NCBI GenBank assembly: GCA_031553395.1
Contig: JAVBLR010000003.1
Coordinates: 69,799 to 133,798, forward strand
Length of the DNA: 64,000 nt
Source: Bacteroidales bacterium
GTDB taxonomy: Bacteria > Bacteroidota > Bacteroidia > Bacteroidales > WRGA01
Direction of reading: 5' to 3'
The translations under genes and the position numbers were made by a program. Below are positions 48,886 to 59,397 of the stretch, in pieces. Within the stretch, counting starts at the first letter, position 1, and every line of letters starts with the position of its first letter. Under the pieces are notes generated by a model. The model was not told the origin of the DNA and ran no database searches. It saw only the letters and a program-made list of their open reading frames with translations.

Positions 48886-50724
48886 TTATCTAAACCATTT
48901 GTCAATTTCCTCATTGATAAGTATATGAATAATAGTTTTACCATCAGGCGTATGATTGGGCATGCTTGTGGAAAAAAGCGAATCAATTAAATGTTGCATT
49001 TCTTCAGTTGTCATTTTCTTGCCATAAGGAATAGCCGCACTTTTAGCTAAACTCAAAGCCAAACTTTCACTTAACTCATTTTTAATATTCACTTCTTTTT
49101 CTTTGATGGAATGAATCATATCTTTGATGACTTCAACGGGGTTCAGGTCGCAAATGCTGGATGGTATGCCGGTTATATTGAAGGAATTATCATCCATATT
49201 ATTCAATTCAAAGCCCATATAATGCAAATCCTCGGACAAAACAGGAAATAACGCAACTTCTTCTGGTGTAAATTCTACAGTTTCGGGAAATAGTAAACGT
49301 TGAGAAACTCCTTTTTTATGTTGAATATAAGACAAATATTCCTGATATAAAATCCGGATATGCGCCCTGCGTTGATCGATAAGCATCAATCCCGACTTTA
49401 TCGAAGTGAGGATATATTTTCCTTTAAATTGCAGATGTTGACTGGATATTTCGTTTGTTTCTAAATTTGCAGACAACTGCTTCTCTTCTTCTTCAAATTT
49501 CTTCAAATCCAATACGGATGTTTGAGGTTCGGATTTATCTTTTTCAAATCCTTCGTAAAGCTTTTCCCAATTCATATCAGGACGCTTATAATCCGGTGAT
49601 GATTTAAATGGATTGTAACTGGAATTAAACGTTGGTTGTGGTGCAGCAGGTGGTATATGCGAAGAAAAAACCGGAATTTCCGGAGCATCATCCCTGTCAA
49701 AATCAATACTTGGGACTACATTAAATTTTCCCAGCGCTTCTTTTATTGCAGCTGATAAGATTGGCCACAAAGCCTGTTCATTTTCAAATTTAATTTCCGT
49801 TTTAGTCGGATGAATATTTATATCGATTGTTGATGGATCAACGGTAAAGTAGATAAAATAAGAAGGCATATCTCCCTGAGGAATAAGTGGCTCGTATGCT
49901 TGCATCACAGCCTTGTGAAAATACGGATGCCGCATATAACGTCCATTAACAAAAAAGAACTGTTGATCATTCCGTTTTTTTGCAGTTTCAGGCTTGCCAA
50001 TAAATCCGGATATGTTTGCGATAGAAGTCTCAACATCAATACTCAATAAATGCTGATTTAGTTGCTTTTGCTGATTAATACTTTTTCCGAAAATCTTTAC
50101 AATTCGTTGGCGAATATTTGCTGCCGGAAGATTGAATATTTCCGTATCGTTATGAATTAATGCAAAAGAAATAGTCGGATTAACCAATGCTATTCGCTGA
50201 AATTCAGATAAAATATGCGCAAATTCCCTTTCGTTTGATTTCAAAAATTTACGTCGGGCAGGAATATTAAAGAAAATATTCTTTACCATAAAATTGCAGC
50301 CTGTAGCACAAGCTATTGGTTCGGATATTTCGATAGCAGAACCCGAGATACAAATTTTTACTCCTAACTCATTCTCCGCCAAACGGGTTTTGAGTTCCAC
50401 CTGCGATACTGCTGCGATGGAAGCCAATGCTTCGCCTCTGAATCCCATTGTTGTAAGGGCGAATAAGTCATGTGCTGATGTTATTTTGGATGTAGCGTGC
50501 CGTTCAAAAGCCATGCGGGCATCTGTTTCGGACATGCCTTTACCATTATCTATAACTTGAATTAACGTTCTTCCTGCATCTTTGATTATTACCTGAATGT
50601 CTGTTGCACCTGCATCGATCGAATTTTCGACCAATTCCTTTACAACAGATGACGGGCGCTGTACCACTTCTCCGGCAGCAATCTGGTTACTTACCGAATC
50701 GGGTAATAAACGAATAATATCCAT
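48886..50724 (-). CDS. mutL: DNA mismatch repair protein MutL
   Basis: 612 aa, [40 protein letters not shown]..., with the GHKL ATPase N-terminus. Confidence 0.96.
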   Translation of the reverse strand: MDIIRLLPDSVSNQIAAGEVVQRPSSVVKELVENSIDAGATDIQVIIKDAGRTLIQVIDNGKGMSETDARMAFERHATSKITSAHDLFALTTMGFRGEALASIAAVSQVELKTRLAENELGVKICISGSAIEISEPIACATGCNFMVKNIFFNIPARRKFLKSNEREFAHILSEFQRIALVNPTISFALIHNDTEIFNLPAANIRQRIVKIFGKSINQQKQLNQHLLSIDVETSIANISGFIGKPETAKKRNDQQFFFVNGRYMRHPYFHKAVMQAYEPLIPQGDMPSYFIYFTVDPSTIDINIHPTKTEIKFENEQALWPILSAAIKEALGKFNVVPSIDFDRDDAPEIPVFSSHIPPAAPQPTFNSSYNPFKSSPDYKRPDMNWEKLYEGFEKDKSEPQTSVLDLKKFEEEEKQLSANLETNEISSQHLQFKGKYILTSIKSGLMLIDQRRAHIRILYQEYLSYIQHKKGVSQRLLFPETVEFTPEEVALFPVLSEDLHYMGFELNNMDDNSFNITGIPSSICDLNPVEVIKDMIHSIKEKEVNIKNELSESLALSLAKSAAIPYGKKMTTEEMQHLIDSLFSTSMPNHTPDGKTIIHILINEEIDKWFR

Positions 50725-50767
50725 GTATATATTTACTATTTAAGCTTGTTTTGGTTTTTCATTTTTT

Positions 50768-50875
50768 AGATAAAAGAACAAAGACTAAAGAAGAAAGAAA
50801 TAGATTTTGGAAGACAAGTAACAAAGGTCTCGCTGTCTTTTATATCTTTTTCGTCTGTCTTGTGTCTTTTGTCTG
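50768..50875. repeat. Heptad-periodic purine/pyrimidine hairpin, AAAGAAC / GTCTTTT class
   Basis: AGATAAAAGAACAAAGACTAAAGAAGAAAGAAATAG...GTCTTTTATATCTTTTTCGTCTGTCTTGTGTCTTTTGTCTG. The arms are imperfectly complementary. It lies between the stop at 50884 and the mutL start. Confidence 0.6.
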
Positions 50876-50883
50876 AATTCCAA

Positions 50884-51189
50884 TTAAAGAATACCTTTTC
50901 TTATCAGCAAAAAGAACAATATTGCCAACAATGCAATCAGGATGGAAAGATATGTTCCATTAAAAAATATCCGGCGAATATTTCCGGAATTCTTTTTCCT
51001 TCGCAAGTGTATGGATGATTTTACAAAAGTTCCTTTTATGTTGTTTTTAGGAAAATTATCATTCTCTGTCAACCCTAATTGGGAAGATATCCTTTGTTCA
51101 CGTTCATTCCGTTCTTCTTTTTGAGGATTCCAGTAAATTGGATTATGGGTAAATTGGCGTGGTTTACGGGGATTGAACAAAGACTTCAT
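50884..51189 (-). CDS. Small basic protein with C-terminal membrane anchor, unknown function
   Basis: The track start (51213) is a TTG. The ATG at 51189 gives MKSLFNPRKPRQFTHNPIYW... with a C-terminal hydrophobic helix YLSILIALLAILFFLLI. A TAnnTTTG box lies 22 nt upstream. Confidence 0.5.
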   Translation of the reverse strand: MKSLFNPRKPRQFTHNPIYWNPQKEERNEREQRISSQLGLTENDNFPKNNIKGTFVKSSIHLRRKKNSGNIRRIFFNGTYLSILIALLAILFFLLIRKGIL

Positions 51190-51210
51190 CGCAGTTTCCT
51201 TTTCTTTTCG

Positions 51211-51218
51211 CAAAAGTA
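51211..51218 (-). promoter_or_regulatory. Candidate -7 promoter box
   Basis: The forward sequence CAAAAGTA equals TACTTTTG on the minus strand, 22 nt upstream of the ATG at 51189. Confidence 0.4.
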
Positions 51219-51307
51219 ATTATTTATTCGGAATTCGAAAAGTAAAAAACAGATGTATATTTGAATTCAAAAAGGAGCAAAGTCTTTGTATTACCATATT
51301 TTATAAG

Positions 51308-51315
51308 TAGTTTTG
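51308..51315 (+). promoter_or_regulatory. Candidate -7 promoter box for speA
   Basis: TAGTTTTG, 51 nt upstream of the ATG at 51366. Confidence 0.35.
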
Positions 51316-51365
51316 CTGCAATTTTTACAAAAATTTAATTGTGAATTTGTAATCTTATAGTTGGA

Positions 51366-53255
51366 ATGAGAAAGTGGCGTATTGAGGATTCTACCGAGTT
51401 GTATAACATCAATGGTTGGGGATTAAATTATTTTTCGATTAATGAAAAAGGGAATGTTGCTGTAACACCTAAAAAAGACTGCACTGCTGTTGATTTGAAA
51501 GATTTGATGGATGAATTGCAAATCCGGGATGTCAGTGCACCTGTTTTAGTTCGTTTCCCTGATATTTTGGATAATCGGATTGAAAAGATTTCGAATTGTT
51601 TCAAACAGGCTTCGGAAGAATATGGTTATCAGGCAAATAATTTCATCATTTATCCGATTAAGGTAAATCAAATGCGTCCTGTGGTGGAAGAAATTGTGAG
51701 CCACGGGAAAAAATTCAATATTGGATTGGAGGCAGGTTCCAAACCCGAACTTCATGCTGTATTGGCGATTAATACAGATGCCGATTCATTAATTATTTGT
51801 AATGGTTATAAAGATGAAAATTATATAGAATTAGCGCTTTTAGCCCAGAAAATGGGAAAAAGGATATTTCTGGTAGTTGAAAAATTAAATGAATTAAAAC
51901 TGATTGCCACGATATCCAAACGATTAAAAATAAAACCGAATATTGGAATTAGGATTAAATTAGCAAGTTCGGGAAGCGGTAAATGGGAAGAATCGGGTGG
52001 CGATGTGAGTAAATTCGGGTTGAATTCCAGCGAATTACTCGAAGCATTGGATTTTTTAAATAAAAATTCGATGCGTGATTGCTTGAAACTTATTCATTTT
52101 CATATAGGTAGCCAAATTACAAAAATCCGTCGGATTAAAAATGCGCTTCGCGAAGCATCCCAATTCTATGTACAATTGAGAAATTTGGATTACAATGTTG
52201 AGTTTGTGGATATTGGTGGCGGATTGGGGGTCGATTACGATGGAACCCGTTCTTCGGGCGAAAGCAGCATGAACTATTCCATTCAGGAATATGTAAATGA
52301 CTCCATAGCAACATTGGTTGATGCTTGTACAAAAAATGATATTCCTCAACCGAATATCATTACCGAATCGGGACGTTCGCTGACGGCACATCATTCAGTT
52401 TTGATTTTTGAAGTATTGGAAACAGCCACATTGCCTTCATGGGATGATGATGAAGAAGTGGGTGAAGAAGATCATGAATTGGTAAGAGAATTGTATGATT
52501 TGTGGGATAACCTCAATCAACCTCGTGTACTTGAAACATGGCACGATGCCCTACAAATCAGGGAAGAAGCATTGGATTTATTTAGTTTGGGATTGGTTGA
52601 TTTGCGTACAAGGGCGCAAGTGGAGCGATTGTTTTGGTCAATTGCTCGCGAAGTTCATCAAATATCAATGCAGATAAAACATGCTCCGGATGAATTAAAA
52701 AAAATATCAAAAATGTTGCCGGATAAATATTTTTGCAACTTTTCATTGTTTCAATCGTTACCGGATTCTTGGGCTATTGATCAGATATTTCCGATTATGC
52801 CGATTTCTTTTCTGAATGAACAGCCGGATAGAACAGCTTCATTACAAGATATTACATGTGATTCGGATGGAAAAATAGATAATTTCATTTCAACCAAAAA
52901 TTTCTCCTATCACTTACCTGTTCATGCACTGCCGAAAAAAGGAGCTTATTATATAGGTGTATTTTTAGTTGGTGCTTATCAGGAAATTTTGGGCGATTTG
53001 CATAACTTATTTGGAGATACGAATGCTGTTCATGTAAGTGTTTATAAAGATAAATACGAAGTGGACAAAATTATTGATGGTGAAACGGTTGCCGAAGTAT
53101 TGGATTATGTACAATATAACCCGAAGAAATTAGTTCGTACAGTAGAAACTTGGGTAACATCATCTGTAAAAGAAGGCGTTATTACGGCAGAAGAAGGACG
53201 GGAATTTTTGTCGAATTATCGTTCGGGATTATATGGATATACATACTTGGAATAA
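51366..53255 (+). CDS. speA: Biosynthetic arginine decarboxylase
   Basis: 629 aa, MRKWRIEDSTELYNINGWGLNYFSINEKGNV...PIKVNQ..., SpeA-typical in length and N-terminus. Confidence 0.95.
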   Translation: MRKWRIEDSTELYNINGWGLNYFSINEKGNVAVTPKKDCTAVDLKDLMDELQIRDVSAPVLVRFPDILDNRIEKISNCFKQASEEYGYQANNFIIYPIKVNQMRPVVEEIVSHGKKFNIGLEAGSKPELHAVLAINTDADSLIICNGYKDENYIELALLAQKMGKRIFLVVEKLNELKLIATISKRLKIKPNIGIRIKLASSGSGKWEESGGDVSKFGLNSSELLEALDFLNKNSMRDCLKLIHFHIGSQITKIRRIKNALREASQFYVQLRNLDYNVEFVDIGGGLGVDYDGTRSSGESSMNYSIQEYVNDSIATLVDACTKNDIPQPNIITESGRSLTAHHSVLIFEVLETATLPSWDDDEEVGEEDHELVRELYDLWDNLNQPRVLETWHDALQIREEALDLFSLGLVDLRTRAQVERLFWSIAREVHQISMQIKHAPDELKKISKMLPDKYFCNFSLFQSLPDSWAIDQIFPIMPISFLNEQPDRTASLQDITCDSDGKIDNFISTKNFSYHLPVHALPKKGAYYIGVFLVGAYQEILGDLHNLFGDTNAVHVSVYKDKYEVDKIIDGETVAEVLDYVQYNPKKLVRTVETWVTSSVKEGVITAEEGREFLSNYRSGLYGYTYLE

Positions 53256-53283
53256 GAGAAGTTAATCGGAAGGTGCCGGAAGT

Positions 53284-53309
53284 TATCAGAATTTTCCAAA
53301 ATTCTGATA
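53284..53309 (+). terminator. Hairpin terminator after speA
   Basis: TATCAGAATTTT pairs with AAAATTCTGATA around a short loop, 29 nt after the stop. Confidence 0.55.
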
Positions 53310-53353
53310 GCATATTAATTTTTAGATAGCGTATTAAATCATTGTAATCACTC

Positions 53354-54031
53354 ATGAAAAGATTTATAGTTGCATTCATTATAGCTTTTATAAGCATTAT
53401 GTTTTGTTCTCCGGTAATCAAAGCGGGGGAGCAAAACATATCCGAAGATGTAATTTCATCAAAAACGGCTTTGGATAAAGCGATTGATGATTATGAGAAA
53501 TTGATTGATGATTATATTGTAATTTATCGCAGAATACAATCCGGAGATGCCGAAGCTAATAAAGAACTTGAAGCTTTTTCATCCCGGGCGGCAGAAATAG
53601 CTCAAGTTTTTCAGGATGATGCAAATGGAATGACGCCGGAACAAACAAAAAGACTACAAAAGATTGCCGAAAAGATGCAGGAAGTTTTTGCTGAAGAAAA
53701 TAATGACGATTCTGATTCTGATTCAGTTGAAGATGTAGAAGATGATGGCTATGAGCAATCAGAAGGAGAGCAATCTATCTTTTCAGCAAAGGCTTTAGAT
53801 CAGGCAATATCCGATTACGAAAAACTTGTAGATGATTATATTATAATTTATAACAGAATAAAATCCGGAGACACAGATGCAAATAAAGAGATTGAATCGT
53901 TATCATCTCGTGCAGCAGAAATTGCCCAAGTTTTGCAAGATAATGCAAGCGGAATGACACCGGAACACGCCGAAAGAATGACTAAAATTGCTGAAAAAAT
54001 GCAAAAAGCTTTTGCAGAAGATTCAGAATAA
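53354..54031 (+). CDS. Secreted protein built from two tandem ~80-aa helical repeats joined by an acidic linker
   Basis: 225 aa with a signal peptide. Repeat 1 is ALDKAIDDYEKLIDDYIVIYRRIQSGDAEANKELEAFSSRAAEIAQVFQDDANGMTPEQTKRLQKIAEKMQ. Repeat 2 is ALDQAISDYEKLVDDYIIIYNRIKSGDTDANKEIESLSSRAAEIAQVLQDNASGMTPEHAERMTKIAEKMQ. Confidence 0.7.
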   Translation: MKRFIVAFIIAFISIMFCSPVIKAGEQNISEDVISSKTALDKAIDDYEKLIDDYIVIYRRIQSGDAEANKELEAFSSRAAEIAQVFQDDANGMTPEQTKRLQKIAEKMQEVFAEENNDDSDSDSVEDVEDDGYEQSEGEQSIFSAKALDQAISDYEKLVDDYIIIYNRIKSGDTDANKEIESLSSRAAEIAQVLQDNASGMTPEHAERMTKIAEKMQKAFAEDSE

Positions 54032-54038
54032 ATTTTCA

Positions 54039-54767
54039 TTAAAAACCAAAAGTATACCCTACCGTATAAAAGACATTGTTTCCATACGGCGAATAATCAT
54101 CCTGAATCACATCATATTGTAACATCATAACCATTCCACCTACATTGCCTACAGGAAAACGAACCCCGGCGCCAATTACAAGAGCAGGTACAAATCTGTT
54201 ATCAGAAACTTCATATCCGGGATATTTATCTTTTCCCCATAAATAATTAGCTTCAGGCTGAACAGCCAAAATAATATTTCGAATAGGATAAACCTGTGCA
54301 AATAGGTTTATTCCGGCATAACTACGAGAGTATTCGTAATTATAATAATCACTGTTCAAATAAGTATAAGTAAGTCCCAATCCTGCGGCAAAATACTGAT
54401 TAAAAGCATATCCTACTTGTGGAGAAATATCAACCAATGTATAATCGCCGAATTGTAATCCCAAATTACCCCCAAAGAATAATTTATTTTTATCGAATGA
54501 TGATTTGGTTTGCGTAGGAATTGATGATTTGGATTTGCTTGCAGATGAATTAGTTACCCGCTGATTTCCGTACCTGTTTTGTGTAGAAGAATTCGAACTT
54601 CTGATTGTATCGTAACGAAATGACGGTTCCCCATATACAGGGCTTTGCGGAGTATTCCTGTTTGCAGGAGTATTCGTCCTTATTGTGTCGTAACGAAAAG
54701 CTTGTTGTGCATTTGCTGTCAACAGAAAAATAAAACTACTTGCTATGGTTAAGACGATATGCTTCAT
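54039..54767 (-). CDS. Outer-membrane beta-barrel (porin-family) protein
   Basis: 242 aa with a signal peptide, an N-terminal low-complexity region containing FRYDTIR twice, a C-terminal region of alternating aromatic/Gly beta-strands, and a terminal F. Confidence 0.65.
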   Translation of the reverse strand: MKHIVLTIASSFIFLLTANAQQAFRYDTIRTNTPANRNTPQSPVYGEPSFRYDTIRSSNSSTQNRYGNQRVTNSSASKSKSSIPTQTKSSFDKNKLFFGGNLGLQFGDYTLVDISPQVGYAFNQYFAAGLGLTYTYLNSDYYNYEYSRSYAGINLFAQVYPIRNIILAVQPEANYLWGKDKYPGYEVSDNRFVPALVIGAGVRFPVGNVGGMVMMLQYDVIQDDYSPYGNNVFYTVGYTFGF

Positions 54768-54792
54768 ATTCGTATTTATTTATGTTAAAGGA

Positions 54793-54800
54793 CAAACTTA
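54793..54800 (-). promoter_or_regulatory. Candidate -7 promoter box
   Basis: The forward sequence CAAACTTA equals TAAGTTTG on the minus strand, 26 nt upstream of the ATG at 54767. A second match (CAAAAGTA) lies at 54810-54817. Confidence 0.35.
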
Positions 54801-54884
54801 AATCATCAACAAAAGTATACATGTTTTTTTAAAATACAAATTTATTGTTCCCTTCCTATTCATATGGAGATACATCGTTTTTGT

Positions 54885-54892
54885 TATCTTTG
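54885..54892 (+). promoter_or_regulatory. Candidate -7 promoter box for ligA
   Basis: TATCTTTG, 31 nt upstream of the ATG at 54923. Confidence 0.45.
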
Positions 54893-54922
54893 TAAGTCAG
54901 AACTGATTTTAAAAAAGAAAAT

Positions 54923-56926
54923 ATGATTGATTTTAAGCAAAGGATACAGGAACTTCGAGATGAACTTCACAAACACAATTATAATTATTATGTTTTATCA
55001 ACCCCTATGATATCTGATTATGAATTTGATCAGAAAATGAAGCAGTTACAGGATCTAGAAGTGGCTCATCCCGAATTGTATGATGCCAATTCTCCTACAC
55101 AACGTGTAGGGAGCGACTTAAATAGCGAGTTTAAACAGATAAAACATCGTTATCCGATGTTGTCGCTGGCGAATACATATTCGGAAGGAGAAATAAGCGA
55201 CTTTTATAATCGTGTAAAGAAAGGATTAAACGAAGATTTTGAGATTGTTTGTGAATTAAAATATGATGGAACATCTATTTCTCTGACATACAAAAACGGA
55301 CTTCTTGTACAAGCTGTAACCCGTGGAGACGGAATACAAGGTGATGATGTTACAGATAATGTACGTACTATAAAATCAATTCCGTTAAAATTACATGGAA
55401 GCGGTTATCCCGAAGAATTTGAAATACGAGGGGAAATAATGATGCCTTGGAAAGTTTTTGATGCGTTGAATAAAGAACGGGAAGAGCAAGAAGAACCACT
55501 GTTTGCCAATCCCCGGAATGCTGCTGCCGGAACACTAAAATTACTAAATCCTTCTGTCGTGGCAACTCGTCAATTAGATGCTTATTTTTATTATTTATTG
55601 GGTGAGAATTTACCCGGAGATAAACATTATGAAAATCTTCAAAAGGTCAGGGAATGGGGATTTAAGATTCCGGATACAATGAAAAAATGCGCCACATTGG
55701 ATGAAATATATACTTATATTAATTATTGGAATGAAGAACGAAAAAATCTACCGGTGGCTACAGATGGGATTGTATTGAAGGTAAATTCGCTTTTACAACA
55801 AAAGAACCTTGGATTTACGGCAAAATCTCCCCGATGGGCAATTTCGTATAAATTTCAGGCAGAGCAAGCATTAACTACGTTACGTTCGGTTTCTTATCAG
55901 GTTGGCCGGACAGGCACTATAACTCCGGTTGCCAATTTAGATGCTGTTCAATTATCCGGAACTACGGTTAGAAGAGCATCTTTGCATAATGCTGATATAA
56001 TAGAAGGGTTGGATTTACATGTATTGGATAAGGTATTCGTAGAGAAAGGAGGCGAAATAATACCCAAAATTGTAGGCGTTGATTTTGATGCTCGGACTTC
56101 TGATTTAGGTGAAAAGGTAGAATTTATCAAGAATTGTCCAGAATGTGGAACACCTCTTATTCGTTATGAAGGAGAAGCTGCACATTACTGTCCGAATGAA
56201 ACCGGATGTGCTCCTCAGATAAAAGGAAAAATTGAGCATTTTGTCAGCCGCCGGGCGATGAATATCGATGGGCTGGGAGAGGAGACGGTTGATTTACTCT
56301 TCCGTATTGGTATGTTGAAAAATACGAGCGATTTGTATCACCTTAAATGGCAAGAGTTGACAAGATTGGAACGATTAGGCGAAAAATCAGCTCAAAACAT
56401 TATTAATGAGGTTGAAAAGTCTAAGCAAGTACCTTTCGAACGAGTATTATTTGCATTGGGAATTCGCTTTGTCGGAGAAACTGTTGCAAAAAGATTAGCA
56501 AAAAATATGAAAAATATTGAAGCTATCAAAAATGCCACAGTTGAAGAATTAGTAGAAATTGATGAAGTAGGCATTCGCATAGCTCAAAGCTTGAAAGATT
56601 ATTTTTCGAAGGATTATAATAATGAATTAATTGATAAATTAAAATCAGCCGGATTACAATTTGAACTGGAAGAAAGTATTTTAGCCAATCAAACTGAGAA
56701 ATTGAAAGGCTTGACAATAGTTATCAGTGGAACATTCTCCAAATATTCCCGGGATGAATACAAAGCGATGATTGAACAACACGGCGGAAAAAGCTCCGGA
56801 GCTGTTTCCAAGAAAACCAGCTTGTTATTAGCCGGAGAAAATATGGGCCCATCAAAATTAGAAAAAGCCCAAGCCTTTAAAATTAAAATGATAAATGAAG
56901 ATGAATTCTTGAAAATGATTGAGTAG
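54923..56926 (+). CDS. ligA: NAD-dependent DNA ligase
   Basis: 667 aa with the adenylation motif CELKYDG, a Zn finger CPECGTPL...CPNETGC, HhH repeats and a BRCT tail. Confidence 0.97.
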   Translation: MIDFKQRIQELRDELHKHNYNYYVLSTPMISDYEFDQKMKQLQDLEVAHPELYDANSPTQRVGSDLNSEFKQIKHRYPMLSLANTYSEGEISDFYNRVKKGLNEDFEIVCELKYDGTSISLTYKNGLLVQAVTRGDGIQGDDVTDNVRTIKSIPLKLHGSGYPEEFEIRGEIMMPWKVFDALNKEREEQEEPLFANPRNAAAGTLKLLNPSVVATRQLDAYFYYLLGENLPGDKHYENLQKVREWGFKIPDTMKKCATLDEIYTYINYWNEERKNLPVATDGIVLKVNSLLQQKNLGFTAKSPRWAISYKFQAEQALTTLRSVSYQVGRTGTITPVANLDAVQLSGTTVRRASLHNADIIEGLDLHVLDKVFVEKGGEIIPKIVGVDFDARTSDLGEKVEFIKNCPECGTPLIRYEGEAAHYCPNETGCAPQIKGKIEHFVSRRAMNIDGLGEETVDLLFRIGMLKNTSDLYHLKWQELTRLERLGEKSAQNIINEVEKSKQVPFERVLFALGIRFVGETVAKRLAKNMKNIEAIKNATVEELVEIDEVGIRIAQSLKDYFSKDYNNELIDKLKSAGLQFELEESILANQTEKLKGLTIVISGTFSKYSRDEYKAMIEQHGGKSSGAVSKKTSLLLAGENMGPSKLEKAQAFKIKMINEDEFLKMIE

Positions 56927-56937
56927 AAAACTAAAAT

Positions 56938-58086
56938 TTAATAGATGAAATTAGGTCTAATTTCAAGTAATGGTACTTCACATGCCAAATTGATTTCGTA
57001 AGGATTTGATCGATTTATTACATACATATTTCTGGAAATACCAAAATGTGTATTTATTTCATACCATGTAATAAAGCAATAATTTTCATATAAACAGATA
57101 ATTGGCTCAGGGTTTATTCCTTTTAGTTCATTCAATTTTAGCGTGTCGCAGCTAAATAGTCTATTGTTTTTGTATTCTTTTATGATTTTATCGATTTGAT
57201 TTTTTGTACAAATCAGATATTTTTCACGGTATAACTCATGCCACGATAATGCGAATTGCTCTCCGAATTCATGAAAAAATAAATATTGAAAATATCCTTT
57301 TTCATTGTCTTTGGGAACAATATGATTATATGCCCTATTGTTTTTATCATTCAGAAATTTGTATAAATAATCGCGATCATTAATGTTTAAATCTTCGGAA
57401 TTCTTTTTTGCATAAATGCGAGGGCTCGAACCATATAGGGTATTATAATAATAGCAGTAATATTCTAGTTGATAGTTATCTAAAGACAGAGAATTAAACA
57501 TTTTCATGTACTCTGTTATGTCAAAAGTCTCTAGATCAATTGTATTGTAGTAGTTTTGCTCATTGTGTTTGATTTTAATACCCTTTTGATAAGTTTGAAT
57601 TTTATCGACAAATGTTGTTATTTGTGTATAAGAGTAAAGATCATTATAGATTAATCTATTGTCCCAAATTCTAAATTCCTCATTTGGTAATATGACCGGA
57701 ATCGACAATTTTTCATCTGATATTTTGTTGATAGAATCAAAATTAATACCCATTCGAGAAATAGACACATAATCAACCAATTCGTGTTCTTTTGTAAAAA
57801 GTAGAGTAATGATACCATCATTATCAGAATTGTGACGAAGTTTTTCCTTTACTATTTCTGGTATAGTTAGTTTCTTTTCTTTCAGAATAAAATATTGATA
57901 AGGATACATTATATAAAGTGTATCCCAAGAATTAGTCGTAAGATCTTTGAATGTGAAAATAGTTCCCGGTTTAGTCGCAATAAGTTTTTCCCTGATGCTA
58001 TCTCTTTCAGTTTTGTAATTAAACAATGTAAAGAGTAACAATGCAACTATGATTATTCCTGTTATTGCTAAGATTGTTTTTTTCAT
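56938..58086 (-). CDS. Hypothetical N-terminally anchored protein, very AT-rich orphan
   Basis: The track start at 58122 is a TTG. The ATG at 58086 gives MKKTILAITGIIIVALLLFTLF.... The composition is Y/N/K-rich. Hand-counted GC is about 25-27% in 57001-57060 and 57301-57360. I recognise no family. Confidence 0.6.
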   Translation of the reverse strand: MKKTILAITGIIIVALLLFTLFNYKTERDSIREKLIATKPGTIFTFKDLTTNSWDTLYIMYPYQYFILKEKKLTIPEIVKEKLRHNSDNDGIITLLFTKEHELVDYVSISRMGINFDSINKISDEKLSIPVILPNEEFRIWDNRLIYNDLYSYTQITTFVDKIQTYQKGIKIKHNEQNYYNTIDLETFDITEYMKMFNSLSLDNYQLEYYCYYYNTLYGSSPRIYAKKNSEDLNINDRDYLYKFLNDKNNRAYNHIVPKDNEKGYFQYLFFHEFGEQFALSWHELYREKYLICTKNQIDKIIKEYKNNRLFSCDTLKLNELKGINPEPIICLYENYCFITWYEINTHFGISRNMYVINRSNPYEINLACEVPLLEIRPNFIY

Positions 58087-58118
58087 AATATCACGTTCAA
58101 ACCAAAAAAATAACCTCC

Positions 58119-59231
58119 TCAAATAATTATTACCTTATAATTACTTGAACCTAAGCCTATTTTTTCGGCATGTTCTAACCCGACTCTCCAATCTGTATTT
58201 GGATGAACATGATGAAATTTATCTTCTCCGGCTAAGTCTTCCTTTTCTTTCAGGTTAATGGCACTACCTTTGATAGCAGGCGCTTCTTTTACCATTTCGG
58301 TACAAGCATAATCCAACGCAACAGGATCAAAAGAAGCTGCAATTCCGATATTCGGAACAATAGGCATATCATTGTGTCCCCAACAATCACAATCCGGAGA
58401 AACATCCATTATAAAACTAATGTGAAAATGAGGTTTATCTTTTAAAATAGCCAATGTATATTCTGCTATTTTTTTATTCAAAATATCAACGGAATTATCC
58501 CAAACAGGTTGTGCTGCATCGTATCGGCAAACAGCGATACATTGTCCGCACCCAACACAAATATCATAATCAATAACAGCCTTTCGTTCTTCATTTAACG
58601 TAATTGCACCATAATTGCAATCTTTTACGCATTGGCGGCAACCAGTGCAATTCTCTTTGTCTATTCTGGGTTTGGAAGACGAATGTAAATCCAATTTTCC
58701 ACCTCTGCTGGCAGCACCCATTCCGATATTTTTCAAAACTCCACCAAATCCGGTTTGTTCATGTCCTTTGAAATGATTCATGGATATAATAATATCGGCA
58801 TCGGCAATGGCACTTCCAATTTTTGCTGATTTACAAATGTCAGAATTAACCGAAATTTCCCGATATTCGGTGCCTTTTAATCCGTCGGCGATAATCACCG
58901 GTGCTTTTACAGAAATAGGATTAAATCCGTTTTCTCCTGCACTAATCAAATGATCTATCGCATTCGAACGTCTGCCTGAATACAATGTATTAGCATCAGT
59001 AATAAATACTTTAGCGCCTAAATTTTGTAAAATATCAACCATGCAATTGACATAATTATGGCGAATGTATGCCAAATTTCCCGGTTCTCCGAAATGTATT
59101 TTAATTGCTGTAAAATTGTCTTTAAAATTTATATCCTTAATACCGGCTGCATATACCAATTTTTTCAATTTGTCCAATAAATTGATGGATGAATTGGTTC
59201 GCAAATTGGTAAAATAAACTTTTGATTTCAT
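58119..59231 (-). CDS. DUF362-family protein with 4Fe-4S dicluster ferredoxin insert
   Basis: 370 aa, MKSKVYFTNLRT..., with two CxxCxxCxxxC motifs (CTGCRQCVKDC, CVGCGQCIAVC). Confidence 0.82.
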   Translation of the reverse strand: MKSKVYFTNLRTNSSINLLDKLKKLVYAAGIKDINFKDNFTAIKIHFGEPGNLAYIRHNYVNCMVDILQNLGAKVFITDANTLYSGRRSNAIDHLISAGENGFNPISVKAPVIIADGLKGTEYREISVNSDICKSAKIGSAIADADIIISMNHFKGHEQTGFGGVLKNIGMGAASRGGKLDLHSSSKPRIDKENCTGCRQCVKDCNYGAITLNEERKAVIDYDICVGCGQCIAVCRYDAAQPVWDNSVDILNKKIAEYTLAILKDKPHFHISFIMDVSPDCDCWGHNDMPIVPNIGIAASFDPVALDYACTEMVKEAPAIKGSAINLKEKEDLAGEDKFHHVHPNTDWRVGLEHAEKIGLGSSNYKVIII

Positions 59232-59264
59232 AAGTGGATTGTTTTAGACTTATTTTGATGTAAG

Positions 59265-59272
59265 CAAAAATA
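59265..59272 (-). promoter_or_regulatory. Candidate -7 promoter box
   Basis: The forward sequence CAAAAATA equals TATTTTTG on the minus strand, 34 nt upstream of the ATG at 59231. Confidence 0.4.
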
Positions 59273-59339
59273 GAACATTATCTTTAATTGTCAATACTTA
59301 CTTGAAATATAAATCTTATGGAGATAATTAGTATCATAA

Positions 59340-59383
59340 AAGTAGAAAAAGTTGTTAAGGTTACTTAGCAACTTTTTCTACTT
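59340..59383 (-). terminator. Intrinsic terminator after the 922-aa T9SS protein gene
   Basis: AAGTAGAAAAAGTTG pairs with CAACTTTTTCTACTT, a 15-bp perfect stem ending 15 nt beyond the stop at 59398. Confidence 0.7.
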
Positions 59384-59397
59384 AAAATCAAAAAATA

